Source: Prosthecobacter sp.
GTDB lineage: Bacteria > Verrucomicrobiota > Verrucomicrobiia > Verrucomicrobiales > Verrucomicrobiaceae
Direction: 5' to 3'
NCBI GenBank assembly: GCA_039806835.1
Contig: JBDHQD010000006.1
Location: 174,443 to 238,442, forward strand
DNA length: 64,000 nucleotides
A program made the position numbers and the translations under genes. The notes under the pieces are model-generated. The model searched no databases, was not told where the DNA came from, and saw nothing but the letters and a program-made list of their open reading frames with translations. Of this stretch, positions 52,936 through 63,200 are shown piece by piece. Within the stretch, counting starts at the first letter, position 1; each line of letters starts with the position of its first letter.

Positions 52936-54315
52936 TCACGGTTTGGCTAAAATCTCATCCAACACATGGCCGTCCATCGCAGGCATGCGGAGGCCCATGA
53001 GCTTGGCGAGCGTTGGTGCCACATCGAGATTTGCCATGCGATCGAGCACGACGCCTGGTTTGATGCCGCGTCCGCTGGCGATGAAGATGCCATCGAGTTC
53101 GGGGTCGCCGTTGAAGTAGCCATGCGTGCCTGCGTAACCCCCGGAAGGAACGACGACGGCCTCTCCCGCAGAGTCATTCTTGAAGGCATAGCCCGCTTTG
53201 GGGTAGAGCACGAGGTCGCCCATGCCTTGATTCTCCGCCGGAGTCGGCATGCCTAGCGAGTGTCCTTCATTGCCATCGACGACACGCTCCACGCCTTCCG
53301 TTTTCGCGAACATCTCCTTCAGCTTCGGCAGCAGTTCGGCTTTGCGTGCTGGCTGCGTCACATAGACAAACGCCATGCCTCCCTGCGCCATGACGTAGGC
53401 ATCGCAGGAGCTGACCGCCGGGCCGATGCCATGTGCGAGGCCCGCTTTTTTCAGCGCGACGTTGGGCAGGATGACCTTGGACACTTTTTTGAAACCGTGG
53501 TCGGTGGCGATGATGAAGGTCGTCTGATCACGCAGCCCACTTTCTTCCACAGCACGCACGAGATCGCCGATGAGTCGATCCGCATAGGCCAGCGCGGTAT
53601 GGCTGGCCAGCGAGCCGGGGCCGTAGGTGTGATGAATGGCATCCGTATTGAGAGTGTGAAAGAGCAGCAGGTTCGGTTTGTGCGTCTTGAAAATGTGGAT
53701 CGCGGCCTTGGTCCACATGTTATCGAGGAAAGTCACGCTTTTGCGCTGAGGCCCCATTTGCATCCAGGCGATGTCACGCGGTTTGACGATGCCCGCAGCG
53801 AGCATCTCCTGCACCACGGGGTCTTTTTCATTGGGCAACTCGGCGAAGCTCCAGTCGATGGTCTTGGCGCGAGTCACGGCCACCCAATCCGACTCCGCAG
53901 TGGTGAGGCCGCTTTCGTGCGCCACGTCGTAGAGCGTGGGAGCAAAGACGAGCTTCGTCTTATCCACCCATTGCTCGATCTTTGGCGGCTTGCCGTCACC
54001 CTGGCGAGTCAGCAGTCCGTTGAAGAGCACGCCGTGTTTGCGCGGCTCCACTCCGGTGACGAGCGTGGTGTGATTGATCCAGGTGATGGACGGATTACTC
54101 ACCGTCATGGCCTTGGTGTAGGCACCTTCGGCGGCCAATCGCCGCAGGTTTGGGATTTGCAGCGACTCATCATTCCACAGCCAGGCAGGGAAGCCGTCGA
54201 TGCTGATGAGAATGACATGATGATCCTTGCTGCCACCGGATTTTGAGCAGGAACTGAGTGTGGCGACCGCAGTGGGCAGCAAGACGGCGAGGAGAAGCGA
54301 TGGCAGTTTTTTCAT
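52936..54315 (-). CDS. Secreted nucleotide pyrophosphatase/phosphodiesterase (alkaline-phosphatase superfamily, NPP type)
   Basis: Lipoprotein-like signal (LSSC). HVILISIDGFPAW, NPSITWINHTTLVTG and ATDHGF motifs typical of type I phosphodiesterase/NPP. Confidence 0.85.
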   Translation of the reverse strand: MKKLPSLLLAVLLPTAVATLSSCSKSGGSKDHHVILISIDGFPAWLWNDESLQIPNLRRLAAEGAYTKAMTVSNPSITWINHTTLVTGVEPRKHGVLFNGLLTRQGDGKPPKIEQWVDKTKLVFAPTLYDVAHESGLTTAESDWVAVTRAKTIDWSFAELPNEKDPVVQEMLAAGIVKPRDIAWMQMGPQRKSVTFLDNMWTKAAIHIFKTHKPNLLLFHTLNTDAIHHTYGPGSLASHTALAYADRLIGDLVRAVEESGLRDQTTFIIATDHGFKKVSKVILPNVALKKAGLAHGIGPAVSSCDAYVMAQGGMAFVYVTQPARKAELLPKLKEMFAKTEGVERVVDGNEGHSLGMPTPAENQGMGDLVLYPKAGYAFKNDSAGEAVVVPSGGYAGTHGYFNGDPELDGIFIASGRGIKPGVVLDRMANLDVAPTLAKLMGLRMPAMDGHVLDEILAKP

Positions 54316-54362
54316 CGTGAGGCGATGATTTACGGTGGCTGCGTTCGTTTGCTTTCTCCCTG

Positions 54363-55166
54363 ATGAATCGACTCCTCACCTCTCTTTCTCTTCTGCTGCT
54401 GACCACCATGACTGCGCCTGCCGTAGAAATCATCGCCCACCGTGGGTTCTCTGCGCGTGCGCCTGAGAACACGCTCGCCTCATTCAATTTAGCGTGGGAA
54501 AATCATACCGATACCTGCGAGTTGGATGTGTATCTCACGGCGGATGGTAAGACGGCTGTCCTTCATGACAAGAACACCAAACGCACCTGCGGTGTGGCAT
54601 TGGACGTGGCCAAATCGAAGCAAGCGGAGCTCACGGCTCTCGATGCCGGCGCATGGAAGGGTAAGCAATGGGCGAATGAAAAAATCCCAACGCTGGAGCA
54701 GGCGCTGGCGACCTTGCCGAAGGGGAAACAGCGCTTCTTCATCGAGATCAAATGCGGCGCAGAGATCGTTCCCGAACTCAAACGCATCCTGGAGCCGATG
54801 AAGAAGCGCGCCGCGCAACTCGCGATCATCGCATTCAAACGTGATGCGGCAGCGGAGTCGAAGAAAGCCATGCCGTGGATTCAGGTTTACCGCCTCGCTT
54901 CCGGAAAAACGAAGGACAAAAAGCCCACCGACTTGGCGCGGCTCATCGCTGACACGAAGCAGGATCAACTGGATGGCCTGGACCTCGGCATGAAAGATTT
55001 CCCATGGGATGAGGCGATGATTCGGCAGATTCGCGACGCGGGCCTCAGTCTCTATGTCTGGACAGTGAACAAGCCCGCTGCTGTGCAGCGCTTTGCCCGG
55101 CTCGGCGTCGATGGCATCACCACGGACGATCCGGTGATGGCGCGCAAGGCACTGGCAAAGCCTTGA
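54363..55166 (+). CDS. Glycerophosphodiester phosphodiesterase (GDPD family)
   Basis: Signal peptide, then IIAHRGFSARAPENTLASF, a CELDVYLTADG..VLHD motif and WTVN. Confidence 0.88.
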   Translation: MNRLLTSLSLLLLTTMTAPAVEIIAHRGFSARAPENTLASFNLAWENHTDTCELDVYLTADGKTAVLHDKNTKRTCGVALDVAKSKQAELTALDAGAWKGKQWANEKIPTLEQALATLPKGKQRFFIEIKCGAEIVPELKRILEPMKKRAAQLAIIAFKRDAAAESKKAMPWIQVYRLASGKTKDKKPTDLARLIADTKQDQLDGLDLGMKDFPWDEAMIRQIRDAGLSLYVWTVNKPAAVQRFARLGVDGITTDDPVMARKALAKP

Positions 55167-55266
55167 TTGCGCTAGCGTGCTCCGATCTCTTCGGGATCGA
55201 AGCCTCGGGTTTAAAAGGTCTAATCCGTCGCAGCGTCGGCAGATCGTGCTATCTCAACCGCCCGCC

Positions 55267-57159
55267 ATGTCTCCCACCACCCCCGCTGTCATCTCTGCCA
55301 AGGACCTGCGACTGCAATTCGGTCTGCAGCAGGTCTTCAACGACGCGACGATGAGTGTGCATGAGGGCGAAAAGCTCGGCCTCGTCGGCAGAAATGGCAG
55401 CGGCAAGACCAGCCTCATGCGCATCATCGCAGGCGTGGAGAACGCGGACAGCGGCACCGTTTCACGGCGCAATGGCATGGTGGTCGGCTACCTCGCACAG
55501 GAGTTCACGCTCGATGATCGCGCGAGTGTGATCGAGAACGTGCGTTCGGGTGCCAAGCCTCTGCTCGATATGGTCGCACGCTACGAATCCGGGGACTACA
55601 AGCCGGAGCAGGAAGCGGAGCTGCTGCATCAGATTCAACTTCATGATGGTTGGGGCGTGGAGACACGCATCGCCACGGCGATGAACGAACTCGGCCTGCC
55701 TGCTGCGGATCGCAGTGTCAGCGGACTCTCCGGTGGTGAAAAACGCCGCGTCGCCCTCGCTCGCACGCTGGTAGCACAGCCGGATTTGCTGCTGCTGGAC
55801 GAGCCGACGAACCATCTCGATGCCGAGTCCATTGAGTGGCTGGAGAAATTCCTGCGCGATTTCACCGGCGCGGTGCTCTTCGTCACACATGACCGTTATT
55901 TCCTCGACCGCATCGCCACGCGCATCATCGAGATCGACGACGCACGCATCTACAGCCATCCGGGCAATTACAGCGCGTATCTGGAAAGCAAAGCACTGCG
56001 TGAATCCGTCGAAGCCAGCACGGAGCGCCGTCGCCAAGCCTACCTGCGCCACGAGTTGGAGTTTGTGCGCGCCGGTGTGAAGGCGCAGCGGCGCAAATCA
56101 CGCACGCGACTGGATGAGTTCGCCCGCGTCGCCGCGCTCGACGCACCCGAGGAGGACTTGGTGATGGATTTGATCATCCCGCCCGCGCCGCCGCTGGCGA
56201 ATACGATCATCGAGGCAAAAAACATCGGTGCACACATCGGCGACCGCTGGTTGTTCAGTCATCTCGATCTGAGTTTTGAGGCGGGGACATGCACCGGAAT
56301 CATCGGGCGCAACGGCCTCGGTAAAACAACACTGCTGCGCCTTTTGATGGGCGAGCAGGCTCCGAGTGAAGGCACCGTCGTCGTCGGCAAGCGCACGGTT
56401 TTCAACTATGTCGATCAGCAGCGTCTGCTGCTCGATCCTGAAAAGAGCGTGATGGAGGAAGTCGCCGGTCCAAACAGCGACTTTGTGCAGTTCGGCGACG
56501 AGAAGCTGCACGTGCGTACTTATTTGAAGCGCTTTCTCTTCACCGATGAACGCGTGACCATGCGCGTGAAAGAACTCAGCGGTGGTGAGCAGAGCCGCGT
56601 GCTGCTGGCGAAGATTCTGCGGCGCGGCGGCAACTTCCTCATCCTCGATGAGCCGACCAACGATCTCGATCTGGCGACGATGCGCGTGCTGGAGGAGGCC
56701 ATTCTCGCATTCCAGGGTTGTGTGCTCGTTGTGAGTCACGATCGCTATTTCCTCGACCGCGTGTGCGACCGCATTCTCGCGTTTGAAGGTCATGGCCGCA
56801 TCCATGAATGCGCCGGGAACTACAGCTACTACCAGGAAAAACGCGCCCAGCAGGCGGCGGCTGAGCTTTCCTTTGTCAATGCGACTGCGAAAAAAGAAAA
56901 GCCAGCCGTTGCGGCCAAGCCGCGCAAGATGACGAACCGCGAACAGCGTGAACTTGCCGAGTTGGAAGTGCAGATCGCATCGCTGGAGAGCGAGATCGCC
57001 GACATGGAATCCGAACTCAACAATCCAGAGTTCATTGTGAAACTCGGAGCCGGAACAGGCGAGTACATGGCCAGGATCGAAGCAAAGAAAGGCGAGCTGG
57101 AAGGGAAATTCACACGCTGGGCGGAGTTGGAAGAGATCAAAGCGGCACTGGCCGGCTGA
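55267..57159 (+). CDS. ABC-F family ATPase (Uup/EttA-like, two NBDs, C-terminal coiled coil)
   Basis: Two Walker A sites (GRNGSGKTS, GRNGLGKTT). Two signatures (LSGGEKRRV, LSGGEQSRV). No TM segments. C-terminal coiled coil (ELAELEVQIASLESEIADMESEL). Start placed at 55267. Confidence 0.93.
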   Translation: MSPTTPAVISAKDLRLQFGLQQVFNDATMSVHEGEKLGLVGRNGSGKTSLMRIIAGVENADSGTVSRRNGMVVGYLAQEFTLDDRASVIENVRSGAKPLLDMVARYESGDYKPEQEAELLHQIQLHDGWGVETRIATAMNELGLPAADRSVSGLSGGEKRRVALARTLVAQPDLLLLDEPTNHLDAESIEWLEKFLRDFTGAVLFVTHDRYFLDRIATRIIEIDDARIYSHPGNYSAYLESKALRESVEASTERRRQAYLRHELEFVRAGVKAQRRKSRTRLDEFARVAALDAPEEDLVMDLIIPPAPPLANTIIEAKNIGAHIGDRWLFSHLDLSFEAGTCTGIIGRNGLGKTTLLRLLMGEQAPSEGTVVVGKRTVFNYVDQQRLLLDPEKSVMEEVAGPNSDFVQFGDEKLHVRTYLKRFLFTDERVTMRVKELSGGEQSRVLLAKILRRGGNFLILDEPTNDLDLATMRVLEEAILAFQGCVLVVSHDRYFLDRVCDRILAFEGHGRIHECAGNYSYYQEKRAQQAAAELSFVNATAKKEKPAVAAKPRKMTNREQRELAELEVQIASLESEIADMESELNNPEFIVKLGAGTGEYMARIEAKKGELEGKFTRWAELEEIKAALAG

Positions 57160-57226
57160 TGTCACAGGAAAAAACATCCGCGGAGGTGATTTACATTGCG
57201 CGCCACGCCTGCTTTCTGCCTGATTG

Positions 57227-60208
57227 ATGCGCATGCCACGCAAAACACGCTCCGCATCAAACGACCCACCCGCACAGGTTCAGCGCCCTGCCGCTAGCGC
57301 GCAGGGTGTGCGTCATTTTCTCGGTTGGGATCGCCCGCTGGTCAGAGCGGTGGTGGAACACCTCGCTGCGAGTTGGAGTGGTGATGGCGCGCTCGATTTG
57401 AGTCATTGGCTCGTCATCGTGCCGACCCGCAATGCCAGCCGCCGCTTACGCGAAGCCCTGGCTGCGCATGCAGCGGAGAGGGGAGCCGCTGTGCTGCCGC
57501 CGCGCGTGGTGACGCCAGATTTTCTCACTTCGCCGGAGCATGTGCCGGAGTTGAATCCGGCAGGCGCGCTGGAGTCGCGACTGCTCTGGGCAGCGGAATT
57601 GCTGCGTCTGAATCTGGATGAATTCCGCGCGTTGTTTCCCATCGATCCCGTGGAGCGCGATTTCACATGGGCTTTGCAAACAGCGGACGATTTGCTCGAT
57701 CTGCGTGAGACGCTCAATGAAAAAGGGCTGAGCTGCGAAGATGTGGCGCGCATCGTCGAGAACACAGAGATGGAGCCTGAGCGCTGGCGTGATCTCGCAG
57801 CGGTGGAGCGTCGCTGTGTGCAAGCCACGGAGGCGCGAGGCTTTGCGGACTGGCAGGCAACGCGACGCCAAGCTGCGGCGAATGGTAGGCCGCCTGCTGG
57901 AGTCACGCGCGTCGTGGTTGCGGGTGTGCTCGATCCTTCAGGCCTCGCCATCGCAGCTCTGGAGACGTGGTCGCGTGAAGTGCCGGTGGAGGCGCTCATC
58001 TATGCGCCAAAGAACTCGCATCATGATCTCTTCGACTCATGGGGCCGCCCGCAATCCGCAGCATGGCTCACGCACGGCATCGACATCCCGGACGCGACCG
58101 CGACGATCCATCCCTGCGCGACGCCGACTGAGCAGGCGGTGAAAGCGGCGGAGCTGATCGCATGCTACGACGAACCAGAAGAGATGGTCGCTTTCGGCGT
58201 GGCGGACCGTGCCGTCGTGGCCCCCTTGGAGAAGGCTCTCGCTGAACGCGGGATCGGATCCTTTGATCCCGCCGGGCGGAAGATGAGCACGCATGGTGTG
58301 CTCTATCTGCTGCGCATCATGGCGCGGCTTGCCTCTGTGCGCGCCTTCCGTTCCGTTGCGGAGTTGGTGCGTTGTCCGGATGTGGCCGAGGCGATTCGCG
58401 CTGCTGTCGAACGTGACACGGGCGAAAAGCCAGCACTGAGTCGATTGCTCGATGATTTTGACACGCTCGCCGCAGAAGCATTGCCTGACACGCTGGATGA
58501 TGCCATGGAACTGGCTCCGCGTGTCTTCAGCGACCCTGCGCATCCCAGTGCAGTGCCCCACGCACTCCAGTGGGTGCAGCGGGTGCTGCAAGCGCTCGCG
58601 GGGGACGATTTCGCCGCAGCGCTCACGGATTTTCTTGGCGAGGTTTTTGCCACACGTCGCTTTCACAGCACCAATCCGCAGGATGCAGTCTTCGCTGCCA
58701 TTGCAGATCAGATGATGCAGGCCCTGGAGTCTCTGGAAGAGTTGGCGGCACTGTTTCCCTCAGGCTTTGATGCCGCACGCCGGCTCGAGCTGCTGTTGCA
58801 TGTGCTGGAGGGGCAGTCATTTCATCCAGAGCGCCGCGCGCGCGACATCGACCTGCAAGGCTGGCTCGAACTGCTGTGGGAAGACGCACCGCATCTCATC
58901 ATCACAGGCATGAATGATGGCAGCGCGCCGGAAGCGATCCTCGGTCATGTGTTCCTGCCGGACTCTGCTCGTCGTATGCTGGGGCTGCGAGATAATGATT
59001 CGCGCTTTGCCCGCGACGCGTGCCTCATGACGGCGCTCATCTCATCGCGTCAGGGGAAAGGCGGGCGTGTCGATTTCATCTTTGGTCGCAGTGCAGAGGA
59101 TGGCACGCCTTTGCGTCCATCACGCCTGCTTTTCCAATGCACCGATGCGGAGTTGCCCACGCGCACACTGCACTTTTTCCAGAAGACCGCGACGCGCACA
59201 GACTCAGCACCGTGGCAGTTGGCTTGGCGACTGCGCCCGCAGCCGCTGCCCGAGTCTGCGTCGATCCTGCATCGACTCAGCGTGACGCAATTCGCCGCCT
59301 ATCTGCGCTGCCCGTTTCGTTTTTATCTTGGGCATGGCCTAGGCATGGCAGCCACTGGCGCAGTAAGCACGGAGATGGATGCCATGGAATTCGGCAGCCT
59401 GCTGCATGGGGTGCTGGAAAACTTCGCCAAGGATGAAGAAGCCCGCGCACAGAGCGACGCGGCGAAGATTCGCAGCGTGTTTCACCACCTTCTCGATCGC
59501 CGTCTGCATCACACCTATGGCTCGCGTCTCACAGTGCCGGTGGCGATCCAGCGCGAGTCCGCGCGGCAGCGTCTCGGCTGGTGGGCAGAGGTGGAGGCAG
59601 AGCAGCGCCGCCAAGGCTGGCAGATCATCGAGGCGGAGACGCGGCTGAGTCCGAAGGACGACCCATGGCAGCTCGCAGGCATGACCATCAGCGGTCGCAT
59701 CGACCGCATCGAGCAGCACGCGCAGTTTGGCGTGCGGTTGATCGACTTCAAAACGCGCTCGGCCTTTGATTCAGTGAAGAAGACGCGCAAAACGGTCGAG
59801 AACCACCACCTCACGCGACTGAAGCGCGGCGAGGAGCGGAGTGAATTTCCCGAGTGGTCGCTTGCCACCGATAGTGAGGGCATCGACGTGCGCTGGAGCG
59901 ATCTGCAACTGCCTCTGTATCGTCTCGCGATGGAGCGACGCTACCCAGGTGAGAAGATCACCACTGCGCACGTCACACTGAGCAAAACCAAACCCGAAGT
60001 CGGCCTCGATGAGTGGCAAACGCTCGAAGGAGGCCTGCTCGAAAGCGCACGTGCGTGCGCCGAGGGCGTGATCGCAGCGATCCGTGCGCAGCAATTCTGG
60101 CCGCCCGCGACGGAGCTGCCGTATGGCGATGACTTTGAAGCGCTCTTTTTTGGCGAGCCGATGGAAGCTGTGGATGCGAGCTTGCTCACGGGAAAGGAGG
60201 CCGCATGA
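57227..60208 (+). CDS. addB: AddB-like PD-(D/E)XK nuclease subunit of an AddAB-type helicase-nuclease
   Basis: N-terminal LVIVPTRNASRRLREAL, the degenerate helicase-like domain seen in AddB proteins. C-terminal nuclease FAAYLRCPFRFYL ... GRIDRIE ... LIDFKT ... QLPLY. The stop overlaps the addA-like start (ATGA). Confidence 0.8.
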   Translation: MRMPRKTRSASNDPPAQVQRPAASAQGVRHFLGWDRPLVRAVVEHLAASWSGDGALDLSHWLVIVPTRNASRRLREALAAHAAERGAAVLPPRVVTPDFLTSPEHVPELNPAGALESRLLWAAELLRLNLDEFRALFPIDPVERDFTWALQTADDLLDLRETLNEKGLSCEDVARIVENTEMEPERWRDLAAVERRCVQATEARGFADWQATRRQAAANGRPPAGVTRVVVAGVLDPSGLAIAALETWSREVPVEALIYAPKNSHHDLFDSWGRPQSAAWLTHGIDIPDATATIHPCATPTEQAVKAAELIACYDEPEEMVAFGVADRAVVAPLEKALAERGIGSFDPAGRKMSTHGVLYLLRIMARLASVRAFRSVAELVRCPDVAEAIRAAVERDTGEKPALSRLLDDFDTLAAEALPDTLDDAMELAPRVFSDPAHPSAVPHALQWVQRVLQALAGDDFAAALTDFLGEVFATRRFHSTNPQDAVFAAIADQMMQALESLEELAALFPSGFDAARRLELLLHVLEGQSFHPERRARDIDLQGWLELLWEDAPHLIITGMNDGSAPEAILGHVFLPDSARRMLGLRDNDSRFARDACLMTALISSRQGKGGRVDFIFGRSAEDGTPLRPSRLLFQCTDAELPTRTLHFFQKTATRTDSAPWQLAWRLRPQPLPESASILHRLSVTQFAAYLRCPFRFYLGHGLGMAATGAVSTEMDAMEFGSLLHGVLENFAKDEEARAQSDAAKIRSVFHHLLDRRLHHTYGSRLTVPVAIQRESARQRLGWWAEVEAEQRRQGWQIIEAETRLSPKDDPWQLAGMTISGRIDRIEQHAQFGVRLIDFKTRSAFDSVKKTRKTVENHHLTRLKRGEERSEFPEWSLATDSEGIDVRWSDLQLPLYRLAMERRYPGEKITTAHVTLSKTKPEVGLDEWQTLEGGLLESARACAEGVIAAIRAQQFWPPATELPYGDDFEALFFGEPMEAVDASLLTGKEAA

Positions 60209-63200
60209 CCATTCCCAATGAGATGATCCTCGCCTCCGCAGGCTCGGGGAAGACCTGGCAGCTCACGAATCGCTTCATCGCGATCATGGGACGGCAACTG
60301 CTGACCGGCAAAGAGGTGACGCCGGAGCGCATCGTGGCCCTGACGTTCACGCGCAAAGCTGCGGGCGAGTTCTTTGATTCCATCCTGGAAAAACTGGCCA
60401 AGGCCGCCAGCGATGAAAAATTCGCCGCAGGGCTGGCTGGTGACGAAGCACTGGACCCTGAAGCCAAGGACGATCCGCTGCGGCCCATTCTGCGTGCGTT
60501 GCAGCCTGCGGATTATCAAACGCTGTTGCGCGTGTTCATCACGCGCATGCCGCGGCTCTTCCTCGGCACGCTGGACAGTTTCTTTGCCGCCATCCTGCGC
60601 AGTTTTCCGGCGGAGTTTGGCCTGGCGGGTGGTTTTGAAATTCTCAGTGGGCACCCTGCCGAGGAGCAGCGTGAGCGCGTCTGCCGCGTGGTGTTCCAGC
60701 GTGCGCTGCCGTCTTTGCAACGGCAGAGTGAGAGCCTCGCCGCGCAGCAGGAGTTTCTCGAAGCCTTCCGGCGCGCGACGTTTGGCAGAGAGGAGTCGCG
60801 CATTCGTGAGGTGTTTGATGAATTCGTCGAATATCAGCACGAAATCCTGCTGCATGCTCCCGAGCGGCGGCTGTGGGGTGAGGCGGGCACCATCTGGCCA
60901 AAAGGCTGCCACTGGCTCGATGCGCAGGTGGATTTGCAGAAGGCGCGCCAACAGTTGCGTGAACGACTGGAAGCCGCAGACACCCACGAAAAGTCATGGG
61001 AGTTCTGGAACGAGTTCCTCGAAGAACTCGCAGACTATCTGCCTGGGGGAAAATTGACGAGTCGCGTCGATTTCTTCGTGAAGAAAGCACTGGAGCAGTG
61101 GAGTGCGATCGAGGCAAAAAACTGCGAGCTCACGGTCAATCGACAGAAGCAGAAACTCGAAGGACATCTGTGCGATGCCTTTGCCGCAGTGATCCGCCAC
61201 ATCGTCGGCGGTGAACTGCGCGCACGCCTGGAACGCACGCGGGGCGTGTGGGCCGTGCTGACTCGTTATGAACAGGCATGGGCACGTGAGGTGCGCAGAC
61301 GAGGGCGGCTGACCTTTAAGGACATGGCGCTGATTCTCGGCGGGCATGAATTCACTCCCGGGCTGCGGCGGCCACATCTCACCCAGGCATTGAGCACGGA
61401 TGAGCGACTGCGCATCGACTACCGCCTCGATGCGCGTTACGACCACTGGCTGCTCGATGAGTTTCAAGATACGAACTCGATCCAGTGGTCCGTGATCGAG
61501 AATCTCATCGACGAAGTGGTGCAGGACACCGAGGACGCGCGCACGCTCTTCCAAGTCGGTGACGTGAAGCAGGCCATCTACGCCTGGCGCGGAGGAGACA
61601 CACGGTTGTTTGATGACATCTTTGCGCGTTACAGTGCGGGCTCTAACCAGCGTGTGCGCAAACGCCCGCTGAATGTCTCATGGCGCTCCGGCCATGATGT
61701 GATCGACATGGTGAATCGTGTTTTTGGCGACACCGCTGCTCTGAACGAGCTGAAACTGCCAGCGGAAACGATTCAACGCTGGCCTTGGCAGCCGCATCAA
61801 GTCGCTGCCGTGCATGATGCCATGCCGGGCCATGCCATGCTGCTGCATCCCGTGCCTGCGGATGGCGAAAAAGTAACGCAGGAAGATCTCTTTGAAGTCG
61901 CGTTGGCTCTTTTGGAGGAGATTCAGCCGGTGCAGCGTGGCTGGAGCTGCGCGATCCTCGTGCAGAGTAACAAAGATGGACGCGAGATCGTCGATTTCAT
62001 CCGCTCGCGCACGGAGGGCCGCATCCCAGTGATGTGTGAGTCGGAAATAGCCATCGCGACAGACAATGCGCTGACGCTCGCGCTGCTGAGCATCCTCAAA
62101 GTCGCTGCGCATCCAGGGGATACCTTTGCGTGGCAGCATCTGCTCATGACGCCATTCCGCCACCTGCTGGAAGGCAAGACGCCAGGGCATCTCGCGCGTG
62201 AAGTGATGCGCATGGTCTTTGATGAAGGCTTTGAAGCGACGCTTCGCCACTGGACGCGTGCTTTGGAGGAAGGGGGCACGCCTCTCGATGTTTTCAGCAG
62301 ACATCGAGTGGAGGATTTTGCACTCGCAGCACGCCTCTTTGATGAAGGCGGCACGCGCGATGTGGATGAATTTATCACCTACGCCGAGGCCTACACTGTG
62401 GGAGAACCCGACACCCGGCAGGCGGTGCAGGTGATGACGATTCATAAATCCAAGGGGCTTACGTTCGACTGCGTGATCCTGCCTGATGTCGAAGGCAAGA
62501 AACTCACCGAGGTGCGACGCGGCATCGGCGTGAAGCGTGCGCGCGATCGGCAGGTGGAGTGGGTGTATGATCTACCGCCCTCAGATCTCGTGCGTGCAGA
62601 TGCGCAGCTCGCTGCGTTCCGTGCCGGACAGGAGGCAGACGCAGCTTATGAAGAGTTGTGCAAATTCTACGTGGCACTCACGCGCGCCAAACACGCGAAT
62701 TACATCATCGCGAAACCACCAGGCAAAAATTCGAAGTCCGAGAATTTCATCAAACTGCTGCACCAGACCCTCGTCGGTGATCGGAAGCCGACAGAGCGTG
62801 AGTTCGGTGGTGCGCGAGTGATGGTGGCTTTTGAGTCTGACACGAAGTCAACGCAACCGCATTGGTATGAAAAGGCCAGTTCGAAAGCTCCTGCCCCCCC
62901 GCCATCACCTGCGCCGCCCGTGCCCGTGACGGGAGGCGGTCGCCGTCGTCCGACGCGCAGAACGCCGAGTGGCAGCGAGACCAGCGTGGTGACGGCGCGG
63001 CAGTTGTTCTCACGCGGTGGCCGCTTTGCGCGCGCTTACGGGACGCTCGTGCATGCGTTGTTTGAGCAGATCGAATGGCTCGATGAAATGAATACTGAGC
63101 AAATCAACACGGCGTGGGCCAGCGTGCCCTGTGTCGATGAAGGTGTGCGCGCTCGTGCGGAAGAGGAGGCGCGCCGCTGCCTCGCCACGGCGGAGGTGCG

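Noticed and set aside
53260-54246. 328-aa ORF on the plus strand
   Set aside because: It is antisense to the NPP-type phosphodiesterase gene.
56098-57243. 381-aa ORF on the minus strand; similar cases at 59941-60987 and 61678-62445
   Set aside because: They are antisense to the ABC-F, AddB-like and AddA-like genes respectively. No motifs, and the same GC-driven artefact.
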